This document shows positions 1 to 14,387 of a DNA stretch of 64,000 nucleotides, in pieces. The stretch comes from the human T2T-CHM13v2.0 reference genome, Homo sapiens. The DNA is taken from NCBI RefSeq assembly GCF_009914755.1, contig NC_060927.1; one strand, given 5' to 3'. A model generated the notes under the pieces. It saw nothing but the letters and a program-made list of their open reading frames with translations. It searched no databases and was not told the DNA's origin. Made by a program: the position numbers and the translations under genes. The first letter of the stretch is position 1; every line of letters begins with the position of its first letter.

Positions 1-71
1 GGGCTGGACCTGGACTCAGGCAGCTCCCCTTACACCTGCACCTTGCACCTGCACAGCCGATGAGGACACTA

Positions 72-415
<344 letters not shown>

Positions 416-1554
416 AATAAGACCCCTACCCAGCACCCTCCAGTGATGTCTCAAACTGCTGCTCGCACCTGAGAAGCCCTCCATGGCCTTGTCCCATCCA
501 CTTCTCAAGCTCCACCTTCCCCCAGGCTCCCCCTCATTTGCTCAGCCTCCTTGGTCCATCCTTTAAGAGGCAAAATTCATTCCTGTCTCAAGGCCCTCAA
601 ACTCATGGTTCCCTCAGCCTTGGCCCAAGGTCTCAAGGCCAGATTGGCTTTCGATGACAAGCTCATCTACCTCTCCCACTCCCTCTGCCCACCCCTGCCC
701 GGCTCTTTTCTTAATAAGCACTTCCACCACCTGAAACTGTATTTTTTTCTACCCTTTTATTTACTTGTTGATTGTCAGTGATCTCCCATTAGAAAATAAG
801 TGGGGTTAGGGACTTGATCTGCTTTGTTCATTGCTAGGTCTGGAGCGCCCAGAACTGTCCCTGCACAAGGTCATTTTCAGTCATTTTCAGTGACTGGAGG
901 ACAGGAGGGAGGGAGGATGACTGGATGGGAGAGGTGGGGTGGGGCAGCCAGAGCCGCCCATCTCAGCAGGGACCCAATTGCCCCCCAGGGAGCTGCTCCT
1001 GGCTAAGCCAGCCTGGGAATGGAGCAGGAAAGAGGAAGTGGGCTGGAGAGCTGTCCCCTGCTCCTTTCAGACTGATGAGTCCCATTGCTGTGTAAAAAGT
1101 CAGGTCTCTGTAAATAAATGGTTTTTCTCCTTTGCCTAGACATTCTTACACCTTCCTATTCCACAGTGAGTTCTCATCCTTTTAATTCTCTTCAGAGATC
1201 TCTAACTTTTCCCCAGGGTCCTGGCAGTTACATCCTACGCCAGCCATGCACCTGACCCCCACAGAGAGTTTTGATATTCTTGGCCTATTTCCAGTGGACA
1301 ACTATGACCATGACCCTGAGACCATTTTTTAGCCCTTCATAGACTCATAAAATGTTATACCTAGAAAGGATGTTAAAGGTATTTTCATTAAACTCATCTA
1401 TTTTATAGATGAGGAAATGAGAACTGGAGAGAAGTGGCTTGCCCAAGAGCCAAGTAGCTAATCGAACCAAAAATACAACTCTGAACTAAAAATCGGCCTC
1501 TGGACTTCCAGTCAGCACTCACTCTACCTCTCTCCTTCTCCCTATGTTGTTGGT

Positions 1555-2654
1555 TATTTTATTTTATTTTTATTTATTTTTACTGTATTCACAGAGTCAC
1601 ACAACCATCATCATTATCTAACTTTAGAATATTTTCATCACCCCAGAAAGAAATGCTGCACCCATTCACAGTCACTCCCCATTTTCCTCTTCTTTAGCCC
1701 CTGGAAACCAATCATCTATTTTCTATTTCCATAGATTTGTCTATGCTGGACATTTCATAAATGTAGTTGCACAATATGTGGTCTTCCGTGACTGACTTCT
1801 TTCATTTAGCATACTGTTTTCAAGGTTCATCCATGTTGCAGCATTTGTCAGTACTTCATTCCTTTTCATGGCTGAATAATATTCCATCACATGGATATAC
1901 CACATTTTATTCAACCATCCATCAGCAGATGAACATCTGAGTCATTTCCATCTTTTGGCTATTAAGAATAATGCTGCTATTCATGTACAAGTCTTTGAAT
2001 GGACATATGTTTTTATTTTTCTTGGGTGGATACCTAGGAATAAAATTGTTGAGTCACATGGTAACTTAGTCTATGTTTAACATTTAGACTGCTTTCCAAA
2101 GTGATAGAATCACTGTACATTCCCTTTAGTAGTGTGTGAAGATTCCAATTTATCCACATTCTCACCAATACTTCCTATAGTCTGCCTTTTTAATTCTAGC
2201 TATCCCTGTGGGTATGAAGTGATAGTTCACTGAGTTTGATTTGCATTTCTTTAATCACTAATAATAGAGACAATCTTTTTTTTTTTTTTTTTTTTTTTTT
2301 GAGACAGGGTCTTACTCTGTTGCCCAGGCTGGAGTGCAGTGATGTGATCATGGCTCACTGCAGCCTTGACCTCCCTCAGGTAATCCTCCTACCTCAGCCT
2401 CCCAAGTGGCTGGGACTACAGGCACATGCCACCACACCTGCCTAATTTTTCTATTTTTTGTAGAGATAGGGTTCTGCCATGTTGCCCAACCTGGTCTCGA
2501 ACTCCTGGGCTCAAACTATCTGACCACCTTGGCCTCCCAAAGTGTTAGGATTACAGGTGTGAACCACCATGCCTGGCCCAGACAATCTTTTCATGTACTT
2601 ATTGGCCACTCATACATGTTTTTTTAAGAGCAACATCTATTCAAATTCTTTGCC

Positions 2655-2655
<1 letters not shown>
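1555..2655 (-). mobile_element. Old L1 (L1MB-like) 3' fragment interrupted by an Alu
   Basis: Antisense L1M 3' motifs (AATATTTTCATCACCCCAGAAAG, CAAGGTTCATCCATGTTG, TTGATTTGCATTTC). Confidence 0.85.
2277..2579 (-). mobile_element. AluJ SINE
   Basis: Poly-T then antisense Alu; TSD AGACAATCTTTT on both sides. Confidence 0.92.
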
Positions 2656-2807
<152 letters not shown>

Positions 2808-3545
2808 TAAATCTGTTTCGAGTTTCACAATTCTCAGCCCAGTGCTCTGGGCAATTGATCAGAGTTGACATGAGAGATGAGACGAATTTGCCACTCCTAT
2901 CAGATTTGAAAACTGCAGCTCAGAGAGGTGTTGTAAACGTGGCATTTTCAAAACCCAGCTCATTTGACTCCAAAGCTAGAATTCCTCCCACCACACCCTA
3001 CTAAAGGACTTTTCCAGAATCAATACACAGGGATTCTAACTCTCTCATCTTTGAATTGGCAATGGCAATTTTGGAATGAGCCCTTCACCAGCTTTCCAGG
3101 TGCTGGTCCCTCTTGTTGAGACACATTCAGCAATCAGTTCCCACCTCACCCCCCGCCCCTACCCTTGGCCATCAAATTGGCCTCTGGAACAAGCCCCTGC
3201 TCCCGCTAATGCCTTGTGATTCCAGCTCATCTGAGAAGGTGCTTGCTGGGTGTGAATCTCGTCACAGTTCAGCTTTCTTGTGAGTTGAGCACCTCGTCTG
3301 CCTGCTGACCTTAGCACTAAGCCAGGCCTAACCAGTGTTAGCACGGGCATGCCTGGCTCCGCTTCCACTAGGACACCGATCTCCAAAAGAGGAGATGCTG
3401 GCTACATTGTCCCATCCCCCCTACCCACCACCACCCCACTGGGATGCAGGGGAATAAGGGGGAAGGCTAAGGCTGTCCGCCAAGACCATGGCCCTCCCCT
3501 TTGTGCCCTGTCCCCAATCGCTCCCAGCCCAGGGCCCCCACTCAC

Positions 3546-3731
3546 CTTCTCCTTCATCTTCTCAATCTTCTTCACAGAGCTGCGGCGCTGGGGCCGGTCC
3601 TCGTGCCGGAGCAGGTTCATGCTGAGGTCTCCTGACTTATTGAACTGCTTCTCCTCCTGCTTCTCAGCCTCCTTCAGCTTGCTTTCCGCACTGATGCTCT
3701 CTGCATGGTACATGTGGTAGGTTTTCATGAC
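3546..3731 (-). CDS. SRGAP3: SRGAP3 coding exon (probably exon 5), 186 nt
   Basis: Acceptor CACCCCCAG|GTC; 62 codons VMKTYHMY...KIEKMKEK; donor AAG|GTGAGT; phase 0/0. Confidence 0.96.
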
Positions 3732-4559
3732 CTGGGGGTGCACAAGTAGGGGAAATCAGCAGCCAGCTATGGCCCAGCACGGCCCTCCCTGTTACTCCTG
3801 GCTCCATACCAAGTTCTACACTCTAGCTGGCCACTGCCCTGGTCCCAAAACACACTCTGGGCACCTGCCTTCCTTTACTTTTGCACAGACTCTCTGAGGA
3901 CTGGATATGATGATGATGGTCATTACCATCACCATCATCATCAACAACAACATCATTAAGCCCTAACTAAGAGCCAGGCATGGGCTAGTAAAGAGGAAAT
4001 TAAAAAATAATAATAAATAAATAAATAAATAAGGAGGAAATTTAAAAGGGTAACCGTAGCTCCAAGCATCTGGGGACTGTCAGACGTGACAAGGCAAGCC
4101 TGGCCCTTGCTCAGCTGTCCTCTCTAGCCCTGCCAGTAGTGACTGTGGCATCCCTCCGTCTCCTCCCAGTGCCGCGGGGAAAGCCCCTCCTCCCACACCC
4201 ATGGGAATTGAATGGGAAACATCCTTCTTACACACAAATCATTTTCTCAGCTGTTTCCTGAAGTACAATGGGCTGCAAATGGCTCTGTACCCAAAATGAG
4301 TAATATTAAGTAACCCAATAGATATTCTATGCTCTCTGGAATAAATTCATCCTTGCCTATAAAAACAATTCCTATAAAGCAAATTGCACTTTGCTACTCT
4401 ACTTCCATAATAAAAAAAATGGATATTGTTATTACAGGGGAAATTTCTGAGCCAGAAGAAATTCTAGACATCATCTAATCCAACAACCTTCTAGTTTGAC
4501 AAACAGGGAAACTGAGGCTCGGAGGTGCAAAGTATCAGTGCAGAGATGCCAGACTTTAC

Positions 4560-5045
4560 ATCCATGTATCCAGGACCACAAGCAAAATATAGAACTTCCA
4601 CTGCACCAGAAAGATCCCTCATGGCCCTTTGCAGCCAATCCCTGACCCCACCCCAGCCCCAATCATAGATTTGCCTTCTGTCACTGTAGATTGGTTTTGT
4701 GTGTTCTAGAATCCAGTTCCATGGAATCATACAATATAAACTCCTTTGGATCAGCCCTCTTTTCATTCAGCATAACTTTTCTGAGATTCACTGATGGTGC
4801 CGTACATATCAGAACTTCTTTTTTATGGCTAAGTATTCCATTGTATGGCTATGCCACAATCTGTTTACTTAGTCATATGTCCACAGCTACTTGAGATGTT
4901 TATAGTTTTTAGCTATTTTTGAATAAGGCTGCCATGAATACTTATGTACATTTCTTTGTGTGGACATGTATTTTGATTTTTCTTAGGTAAATACCCAGGC
5001 GTGGGATGGAGGGTCATATGGTAAATATATATTTAATCATATTGG
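4560..5045 (-). mobile_element. Old L1M 3' fragment within a MIR
   Basis: Antisense L1M 3' motifs; MIR core (GAAACTGAGGCTC) at about 4510. Confidence 0.7.
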
Positions 5046-5109
5046 AAATCTGGCCTCTCACTTTTAATCCACCACTTTTTCTACCAGATCATCCTAGATT
5101 GTCTGTATC

Positions 5110-5240
5110 ATTTTTTCATAAATAGAGACGGGGTTTTGCCATGTTGTCCAAGCTCGTCTCAAACTCCTGGGCTCAAGTGATCCTCCTGCCTCAGCCTCCC
5201 AAAGTGCTGGTATTATAGGTGTGAACCACCACACCCAGCC
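5110..5240 (-). mobile_element. Alu left monomer (FLAM-like)
   Basis: Single antisense Alu arm. Confidence 0.8.
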
Positions 5241-5642
5241 CTTAATGAATTTTTTTAATTCATTACCATTTTCTGAGCAGGCATACTTTTAGTAGCCTGA
5301 ACACTGGCTGGGCTGCTCCATACCAACAGCATTTTTACTGGTCCCCAACCAGAAATGTACTTTTCTTCTGCAATGCCAAGTGTATGATCATCTTTCTATG
5401 CTAAGAAACAAAGAAACTTCTGGAATCCATGGCTCCTGGGCCTTGTTCATTCTCTTCTGTGGCTTGGATTACTGTAACAGCTAACAGAGCCAAGGCTTCC
5501 CCCAGGAATGAAACGTGCTCCTATCTAACCAAGCCCTGTAAGTCAGAGAACTCAGAATGAATTCCTGGCCAACCCTAAAATCTTATTCCTTGTCATTTGA
5601 AGTGCTGTGAAGTGCGTTTATTAGAATGAGGAATTCTGTGAC

Positions 5643-5940
<298 letters not shown>

Positions 5941-6029
5941 TCTGTGACTTTTATCATTAAATCACAGCATTGATTCATTGTTCAGAAAGTTGCCTTTGCC
6001 ACTGGCCAGGAGTCAATGTGGCAACATAT

Positions 6030-6280
6030 ATTGTAGATCATGGAAGGTAAGAATATGGACAAGTGTCTGGGCTGAATCCTGATGGTCCCACTCCTTAGCT
6101 GTGTGACCTTGGACAAGTCACACAACCTCTCTGACCTCTGCTTCCTCGTCTGTAAAAATGGGATAAAAATTTACTTCCTATGCTTGTTATGAGCACTAAA
6201 TGAGTTAATTTCTGTAAAGTGCTGAGAACAATACCTTCCACATAGTAAGAGCCATGGAGGTATCTATCAGATGCTACCAC
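6030..6280 (+). mobile_element. MIR SINE
   Basis: TAGCTGTGTGACCTTGGACAAGTCA...CTTCCTCGTCTGTAAAAATGGG core. Confidence 0.85.
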
Positions 6281-6677
6281 CACCACCACCACCATCATCA
6301 TCATTATTATCCCTGATTTGGGCTCAGGGTTTAAGAACCTGAAACATGCTCACTTGGAAATGCTTACAAGCTCTGGAGAACATTAACTAATGTGAAAAAA
6401 ATATATTTTTATGCCATGTTTCTCCCTTCTTCCTTCATCCTAAAAATCCCCCAAACTTGGAAAACAATACATGGATTTAAAATGCAGTCAACTTTTCTTC
6501 ATGGGTCTTGGTGGAAAGACGGCTTCTCTGCGTTCCGTCCATTTTTGCTCATTTGCGATCTCCCTAAGACTCCAAAAAACCCCCTTCTTGCTGATTTCAT
6601 CCTCTGTGTATGCCAGTTCCACCAAGATCACATCCAAATAACTCAATGGACCAGAATATGTGCCATATTGATGCGTT

Positions 6678-6695
6678 CTCGACATCTAGTGGCCA
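6678..6695 (-). promoter_or_regulatory. Candidate CTCF motif
   Basis: Minus strand TGGCCACTAGATGTCGAG resembles the CTCF core consensus; motif match only. Confidence 0.4.
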
Positions 6696-6768
6696 AAAGG
6701 GGTGACTGCAGACTTGCAGATAATCAAAGCAGGCGCCTATTTTGATGATCTTCATGCCTTGGTTAAAA

Positions 6769-6958
6769 GGACACTGGGGCCTGTCAGGGGAGGCGGCGGG
6801 AGGGAGAGCATCAGGATAAATAGCTAACGCATGTGGGGCTTAATGCCTAGGTGATGGGCCTATAGGTGCAGCAAACCACGATGGCACACGTTTACCTATG
6901 TAACAAACCTGCGTGTCCTGCACATGTATCCTGGAACTTAAAATAAAAATAAAATAAA
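6769..6958 (+). mobile_element. L1PA (older primate L1) 5'-truncated 3' end
   Basis: GACACTGGGGCC...GGCACACGTTTACCTATGTAACAAACCTG...ACTTAAAATAAAA. Confidence 0.9.
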
Positions 6959-7999
6959 TGAGTCCATTGAGTTATTTGGATATGGTCTTGGTGGAACTGG
7001 CATACAGAGAGGATGAAATCAGCAAGAAGGGGGTTTCTAGGAGTTTTAGGGAGATTACAAATGAGCAAAAATGGATGGAATGTAAAGAAGAAATAAAATA
7101 AAATAGGTGTGGCTAAAGTGTGAGAACGCCTGCTGCGGCTGTCTCCAGGACCCCACCTTCCCCCTTCTCGACATGTCCCTCCACATCCACAGACAACCCT
7201 GGGTTCTTTGCCTCACCACCATATTGCTGGTGTTTTTCATGTCTGGATCCCATCCCCGTCTGCGTTCAATGATTCCTGCTACATCTCCTTTTTCTATTTT
7301 GGCTTCTGAGTCTGCTTGCCTCGCCACGAATCTGTCATCTGTGCTGGGTAGTTCAGGGGAAAAGAGAGCCTTTCTATTTACAGCTAGATCTTCCTGTCCA
7401 ATCACCATGCATCCATCCACTCTCTCAAGGTCAACAGCCCAGCTGGGTGTTCTCAATTCCCACATATCCTTTGCCTAGTTTTCTTTTTTTATTTTCTCTC
7501 CCTTTACATCATTTTCTACTCTTCTTGAGCCACAGAGTACTCTTCCTGCCCTCCGACAGGCCAAACTTCCCAGACAGCCTCTAAACTTCATTCCAAAAAT
7601 CCCATGCTTGGAGAAGACAACCCAAGTACCCTGGGGCCAAACTCCCTGTGATCTACTCGATTCCTGATTCCAAGAATAACAGTGAACTCCACTGCCGAGG
7701 GTGACTTATGACAGACAGCTGCCACCAAAGAGTTCACCTGGAAGTTTCTCCAAAATGACTCTATTTGTACCCAGAATCCTCTAGATGTTTCTTTTATTTA
7801 ATTACCTGATACATGGGCTTCAGCATGAATGGTCCTTAGCTCAATAGACTAGAACAGTTAGCTCAATATTGCTAGTCCAGGATGCATTAAATAATATTTA
7901 ACCTTATCTATTGCTTCAAAGTTTGCAAACCTCCTTCCAGGAGCCCTTCTAGTAAAGGAGCATTTCAATGAGTCCTTTCCCTAATCCTGGGAGGTAGTG

Positions 8000-8270
8000 T
8001 GATGACAGTAACAACAATGATAGCAGCTAGCATCTATTGAGCACTTACTACTTGCCAGGCCTTGCTTTATGCACTTTACCTATATTAACTCATTTATTTC
8101 TCAAAAAAACCCTATGAGATAGGCATCCTATGATCCCTGCTTTACAGATGAGAAAACCATGGCCCAGAATAGGTCAGTAAGTTTCTCTAGGTGAAAAGCT
8201 GGTAAGTGGAGTCAGGGTTCAAAGCCAAGGTGGCTGACCCCAGAGCCTGGGCCTACTGAACACATGGTTG
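8000..8270 (-). mobile_element. MIR SINE
   Basis: TTGAGCACTTAC...TTTACAGATGAGAAAAC antisense core. Confidence 0.85.
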
Positions 8271-8807
8271 TTTTGCTTTCCTTGTACCCCTTTCTCAACT
8301 GTAAAACAGGGGTGAAAGGCTCCTCCAGCCCACTGGAATTCGGGAGACTTGGTTTTGAGACTCAGCCCTCCCACTACTTGCTGGGTAGCTGTGGAGAGGT
8401 GTGTCCTCTCCGTGTCCGCCTGGTGAAGATCAGAAGGGGGTAGATGGGGAAAGTGCTGTCAACTGCAAATTATCAAGTGACCAACTGCCAGCAGCAGTGT
8501 GCCCAGGGCTGGGAAGGGGCAGAGGTGGATGCAGGAGCTCAGCTGAGGCCAAGTTCCTGAACTGGGGATGTCTGAAGGGCCCCTCAGAGGTACCCATCCA
8601 CTTGATGCCAGGGAAGGGATTCACTTTCCAGCCCTCCAGACTCTATTCAGGGAGTCTAGGGAAGGACTTCGTAGGGACGTGTCAGTTAAGACCACTGTTC
8701 TTGGACCAAGTTCAGTTGCATGTGTTCTCAGAATAAAAGGTCCTCCATAAATCTTGGTGTCCTAGCCCCTCACTTGAGGAGATGGAGGCTCAAAAGTAGC
8801 AAGAGCG

Positions 8808-9138
<331 letters not shown>

Positions 9139-9889
9139 TCACACAAAAAGCCAGGCAGAGCTGGGACTGCAGGCCAGGTCTGTTTACCGCTAAGCATTGC
9201 CTCTTCTGGTCATCACACTGCCTTTTGCTTTGCACACATTGCCTTTTGCCTCTTCCCTGATCCTCAGATTCTGAAAACAGCAAAGTGTTATCTGTACCAT
9301 CTTTCAGCCCCTCATTTAAATGCAAAAGAAGGCAAACAGAATCTGGAAGTTGACAGCATCCATAAAGGGACACCTGAAGCAGGATAAGGATCAGTTGTTA
9401 GAAAACAGCTTCTCAATGATGCAGTCCCTGTGTGCTTCCTCCACCCTGCAGACAGGGCTGTCCCTGGGCACAGTGGCTCTCTGTGTATGGGTGAAACCCT
9501 AGGCCAGTGCATGACTGAGACCTCCTTGAAGGAAAAGAGAAGCAAAGTCCTGAGGCCAGGGTCTTGTTCGTGATAGTATTCTCTGTACCAGAGCAGAGCC
9601 TGGTACCCAGCAAGTATCAACACATATTTGCATGAATGAATGACTGGCTGGGCTGGCTGGATCAACAGATCAAAAGATCAGTGGATCAATGAATATGGCT
9701 GAATGGATGGGTAGATGGATGGATGGACAGATGAACAGATGGGTGGGTGGGTGGATAAATGCAGGGATGGGTAGATAGATGGGAGAAAGGAAGAGAAGAA
9801 GGCAGGGAGAGAGGGTAAAATGAGGGAGGTACAGTTCTATTGCCTGTGTTCTGCTGAGCATACTTGGAAGTAGGGAGATTGCTGTACCA

Positions 9890-10250
9890 TCAATCATTAA
9901 ATATTTATTGAGCAGTTCATTATGTGCCAGGTACTATGCTAGGCAATACTACAGTGTGGAAGACATGCAGGTCGCCGCCCTCATAGGATCCAAACTGTAG
10001 TAGAGATACAGGCAATTACACAAGTGATGATCACATGGTGGGATAAGTACAATGATGAAGGACGTACTAGGCACCATAGGAAGGCTTCCCGGAGGAAGTG
10101 ACATCTAAACTGAACACTGCAGGAAGAGTAGCTGTTAGCTGGGTGAGCAGGGCTTGGGATGGGGGTGGAGTGTCCCAGACAAAGGGAGCGGAGTGAGCAT
10201 TAGCCCAGGGGAGCAGGAGGCAAACAGGACTGGGGAGCAGCTGAAAGGTG
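9890..10250 (-). mobile_element. L2 LINE 3' fragment
   Basis: AAATATTTATTGAGCA...TATGTGCCAGGTACTATGCTAGGC antisense L2 end. Confidence 0.75.
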
Positions 10251-10354
10251 GAAGAACATCAGGTATGTCAGGTATGAACATCAGGAGCACCAGCCAATGG
10301 AACCACTTCCTCATTCTCCCCAAGGGACTCCTCCTCAGTGGACACCTGTTGTTT

Positions 10355-11190
10355 TTCTCTGCCCAGACTCATCCAGTCTTCTTTCTTTGGGAATAGCCCC
10401 CTAATTTTATTTTGAGGAAATCCCCCAAATTCCCCTCCACTATTCTCAGTACACGTGGTTCATGGGAATTTGACATCACCCCACAATCCTGGGGTGGGCA
10501 CGAGACCCTGGCCTGGCCAATCCGTAAACTTATGTTCATCTGGCCATAGGAAGCTCAGCTAGGCCAATTAGATGCTACCCTAGGGCTTCACTGGAAACAC
10601 TGGGAAGGGAGTGTTTTCTTTCCACTGGAGGGTGGGGAGAGGCTAATGGGAGGAGAATTTGCAGTGCTAGGGACCATTTTTGTCACCACATGGGAGAAGC
10701 CTGCCAGATCATGAAGTCCACGCAGAGGAAAACAAACCAGAAGTGGGAGAGAGACTGATTCTCAAAGGTGGATGGATGGATGGATGGATGGATGGATGGA
10801 TGGATGGATGGATTGGAAAGAGTGGGGAAGGAAGGTAGGAAGAGAAGGAAGGAGGGAAAAGGGTAAAATGGGGGAGGCATAGTTCTACTGCCTCTGATCT
10901 AGTGAGTATATTGGCGGGGAGAACAGCTACACCTTCAATTATCAAATATTTATTTATGTGTCAGGTACTATACCAAATGCACTACAGTCAAAATACAGTA
11001 TAGAAGACAGTTGGGGTCTCTGGCCTCACAGAGTACACGCCGTACTGGTGAGACAGACAAATCAGTGTGTGAGCCCCTGGATCCAGTTAGACCTGAGCTA
11101 CATGTTCATGTGATTCAACAGAGTATCATTTTTATCTAAGCCAGTTTGCACCAGATTCCAGTCCCTTGCCACTAAACAAATTGCAAAAGG
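10355..11190 (+). mobile_element. Old MaLR LTR (MLT1K-like), split by a ~300-bp insertion at about 10767-11065
   Basis: GAGAGAGACTGATTCT before and TGAGCCCCTGGATCCAG after the insertion resemble adjacent MLT1J/K-type motifs; 3' end TAAGCCAGTTTG...CTTGCCACTAAA. Confidence 0.6.
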
Positions 11191-12273
11191 CAGACTTCCT
11201 TCCCTTTCAGCCTCCCCAACTACCCATATCAGTCCTGATCCCAACCGGCCAGGCTCAGTGCAGTGACTCAGGAGCAGTGCTGACTGGGCGGAGGCTCCCT
11301 CCAGCATCCCGGGTGCTGCTTCCCACCGCGCTAAGTGCTGCTCCTTCTGCCCCTCTCTGCACCCAGGAACTGTCCACTGTCGATCAGATACCATCTCTTC
11401 TCTGGCACCTTCCTGATACTCAGTAGATTTCATCACCCCCTCTTCCATGTTCCCACACACTGTCATATCCCCACTAAGGCACCTGTCATAGTGTGCAGCC
11501 ACATCTCGTGGTCTGGATATGCTGATGATCAATACATGTATTCTTAGTGAATGGGTGTCTGGGCAGGACAGCAGAAAGAGAAGGGAAGGTTACCTAGAGG
11601 GAAACCTCTTCCATTCTGCTTAGGACCAGTTCCGTCCCTGGATGACACTGTGCACACACCCTGGCTGGCAGGCTGTGACAGCCCCGCAGAGCTGCCCTGC
11701 CCTAAGTCTGAGCCAGGACCCTGGTCTCCCTTCCAGGGCACAGTGGCATGAAGATCAATGCCCGGCAGGAGCCTCAGTATTCCTCAAACTCCACACCTTC
11801 ATCCCACAGACGGGGGAAACCGAGTGTCAGAGCCCCACTATCTGGCACTGGGTCAGTGTTGCCACTTGTGTTAGCAAGGTGACTTTCGGTGTCATGGGAA
11901 GGAAACACTGCCAAACTGGACACTAGTAACACAGCAACCGAGGTGACATAGGGCTGGAGGAAGAGTCAGGAGATATGCTTCTCTCTGTGTATCTTCTTGC
12001 ATTGTTTACTGTACTGTTCTTCACCCCTTTCAGCTCTCTGAGGATCCTTTGATTACATCAGGAGGAAAAAACAGTCGTGCCCACACATCTTCAAAGCTTC
12101 TCGCCTGCTGCTCTGGCAGGCACAAGCTTGAATATACAACACTGCTTGATTTTCACTTAACTAACAGAACGCTTCTATTTATACCAAACTGTGTTTCATC
12201 TGCTAATGTGAAGTATCATTTCCTTCCACAATAAATGCAGGTTCGTAGTTTATTTTTTAACTTTAAATTTTAA

Positions 12274-12562
<289 letters not shown>

Positions 12563-12614
12563 AGATAAGTAGTTTCTATATAGTCATATAAATAGTTTAA
12601 TGTATTTATATCAC

Positions 12615-12860
12615 TAGTGTAGGGGAGCGCTTAAGCACTCGGAGTCTGGAGCAGGTTCTGCTGTTTCCCCTCTGGGCAACCCTGAGCTGGCCACCTGGGC
12701 TCTCTGTGCCTCAGATTTCTCATCCCTAAGACGGGCGTGGTCATAATGCCACCTACCTCAAAGGGTTACGATGAGGATGAAATGGATCGGTACATGTAAA
12801 GCATTTAGACCAGCCCCTGGCCTTCAACAAGCACTGTACATGATTGGAGGCTCTAGTTAT
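12615..12860 (+). mobile_element. MIR SINE
   Basis: TCTCTGTGCCTCAGATTTCTCATC core. Confidence 0.75.
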
Positions 12861-12869
12861 TCTTGAGAT

Positions 12870-13190
12870 GAAACAATCTCCAAAATATACCTATGAACGC
12901 AAAGCAAGATGCAGAATAGTAAGTACAGTTGTCACCACTTGCATAAAACAGGAATGTGTGGGATATGCCCAAACGTGTGTGCTGATTGATGGCTAAAAGG
13001 TCTCTGGAAGGAGACATGGCTAACTGGACACTAATAACCTAGTAACTGAGATTATACGGGGATGGAGAAAGAGTCAGGAGACATGCTTCTTCCTGGGTAC
13101 CTTCTTTTATTGTTTAATTACTGTCTTATTTTTTTAACCAAGTGTATGTATCTTCTATTTCTAAATTTAAATATTAAACAATTTTTTTAA
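12870..13190 (+). mobile_element. Old L1ME-like 3' end
   Basis: AAAGCAAGATGCAGAATAG...TCTGGAAGGAGACA...TTTTTAACCAAGTGTATGTAT motifs. Confidence 0.6.
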
Positions 13191-14387
13191 AGGAAAGTCA
13201 TCCAGCTCAAGTATGGAGCCAGCATCACAGAGAGCAGGCCTGGAGAATGGGAAACGAAGGAGGAGGTGGCTGCACGTTTTCCAGCGAAACATTCTTAGGG
13301 CTCTGGCTGGCCCAGTGGAGATGGGGAATGGAGAAGAAAGATTCCAAACTATGTAGGAAAAATATTTATGCCTCATTCTTTCATAAAAGACACAATGACT
13401 CAGGACTCAGGTTTGCTAGGCACTGGGCTATACTCTATGACAATCACTCTCCCCAGAATAATCCAGACAAATGAACTGGCAGCAGCCCCATGTTCCAGGG
13501 AGGGACTGGGCTCAGGGAGTTTGTGTGGCAGGGCCTTCAAGTTAGGTCCAGCTGACTCTAAAACCTGTGCTCTTCCAGCACGCAGGGCTGCTTTCCACTA
13601 ATTAACTAACACTGGGGGAACTTAAAAAGGGAGGGGAGGTCAACTTAAAGAAAAATATTCAGTAAATGACAGAGGGCCCAAAGATAGGATGAAGCTGTGG
13701 GGCTGTACCTGAATGTCATCCTAGAAAGACACGCAGTGAGCCCAGGGTGGAGCTGGGACCAGAACTCAGGCTCCTGGGCTCCCAGTCTCAGCTCTCTCCA
13801 CCATCCCCATCTCTGAGGGAAGTCATGAGGAGGGAGACACCTTTGCCAAGATTTGCCTGTTGGCCCAGAGTTGATGTCACATCCCTGAGCCCATACACAA
13901 TCAATCAAGGCTTGAACAAGTCAAAGGTAGAGTGATTCATGGCTCCAGTTAGGGTCTACCTGTGACCAGCTGCTACTGGGTATGAATGGACACTCCTCAG
14001 GCCCTCCCCACATGGCAAAGAACAAAGTCACTGGGCCTCTCCTGCAGCCCTGGGCTTGGAAGGCCAGCCCACAGTTTGGAGCAGAGCTGCTGAACACAGA
14101 GGAAGAGACAGGTGGGGGGACACTGGACGTTCACTAGTTACTGACACACATGCATTTCATAATATAGAAATATATTGAAAATCTGAACACATTTTTAGCC
14201 GAACAGTGAAAACACAGTGGGGCTTACAGTTTGTGAGTTGTTTTGTTTTGATTTGCCTCTTCTAGAAGGATTGCCATACTGGTCCACGTTCTTTACCTCT
14301 GCCCTTTTTTTCTCCCAGGCCAATACATGAACAAGAACTATATTGTGTTGGGCTGATGGGAGTTCGAGGGAAAAGAAGTGGAGTGGG

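Larger units (their letters stand above)
6533..7080. repeat. 119-bp inverted repeat (6533-6651 / 6962-7080) bracketing an L1 3' end
   Basis: The reverse complement of 6962-7080 aligns ungapped to 6533-6651 with about 9 mismatches by hand count. Confidence 0.93.
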
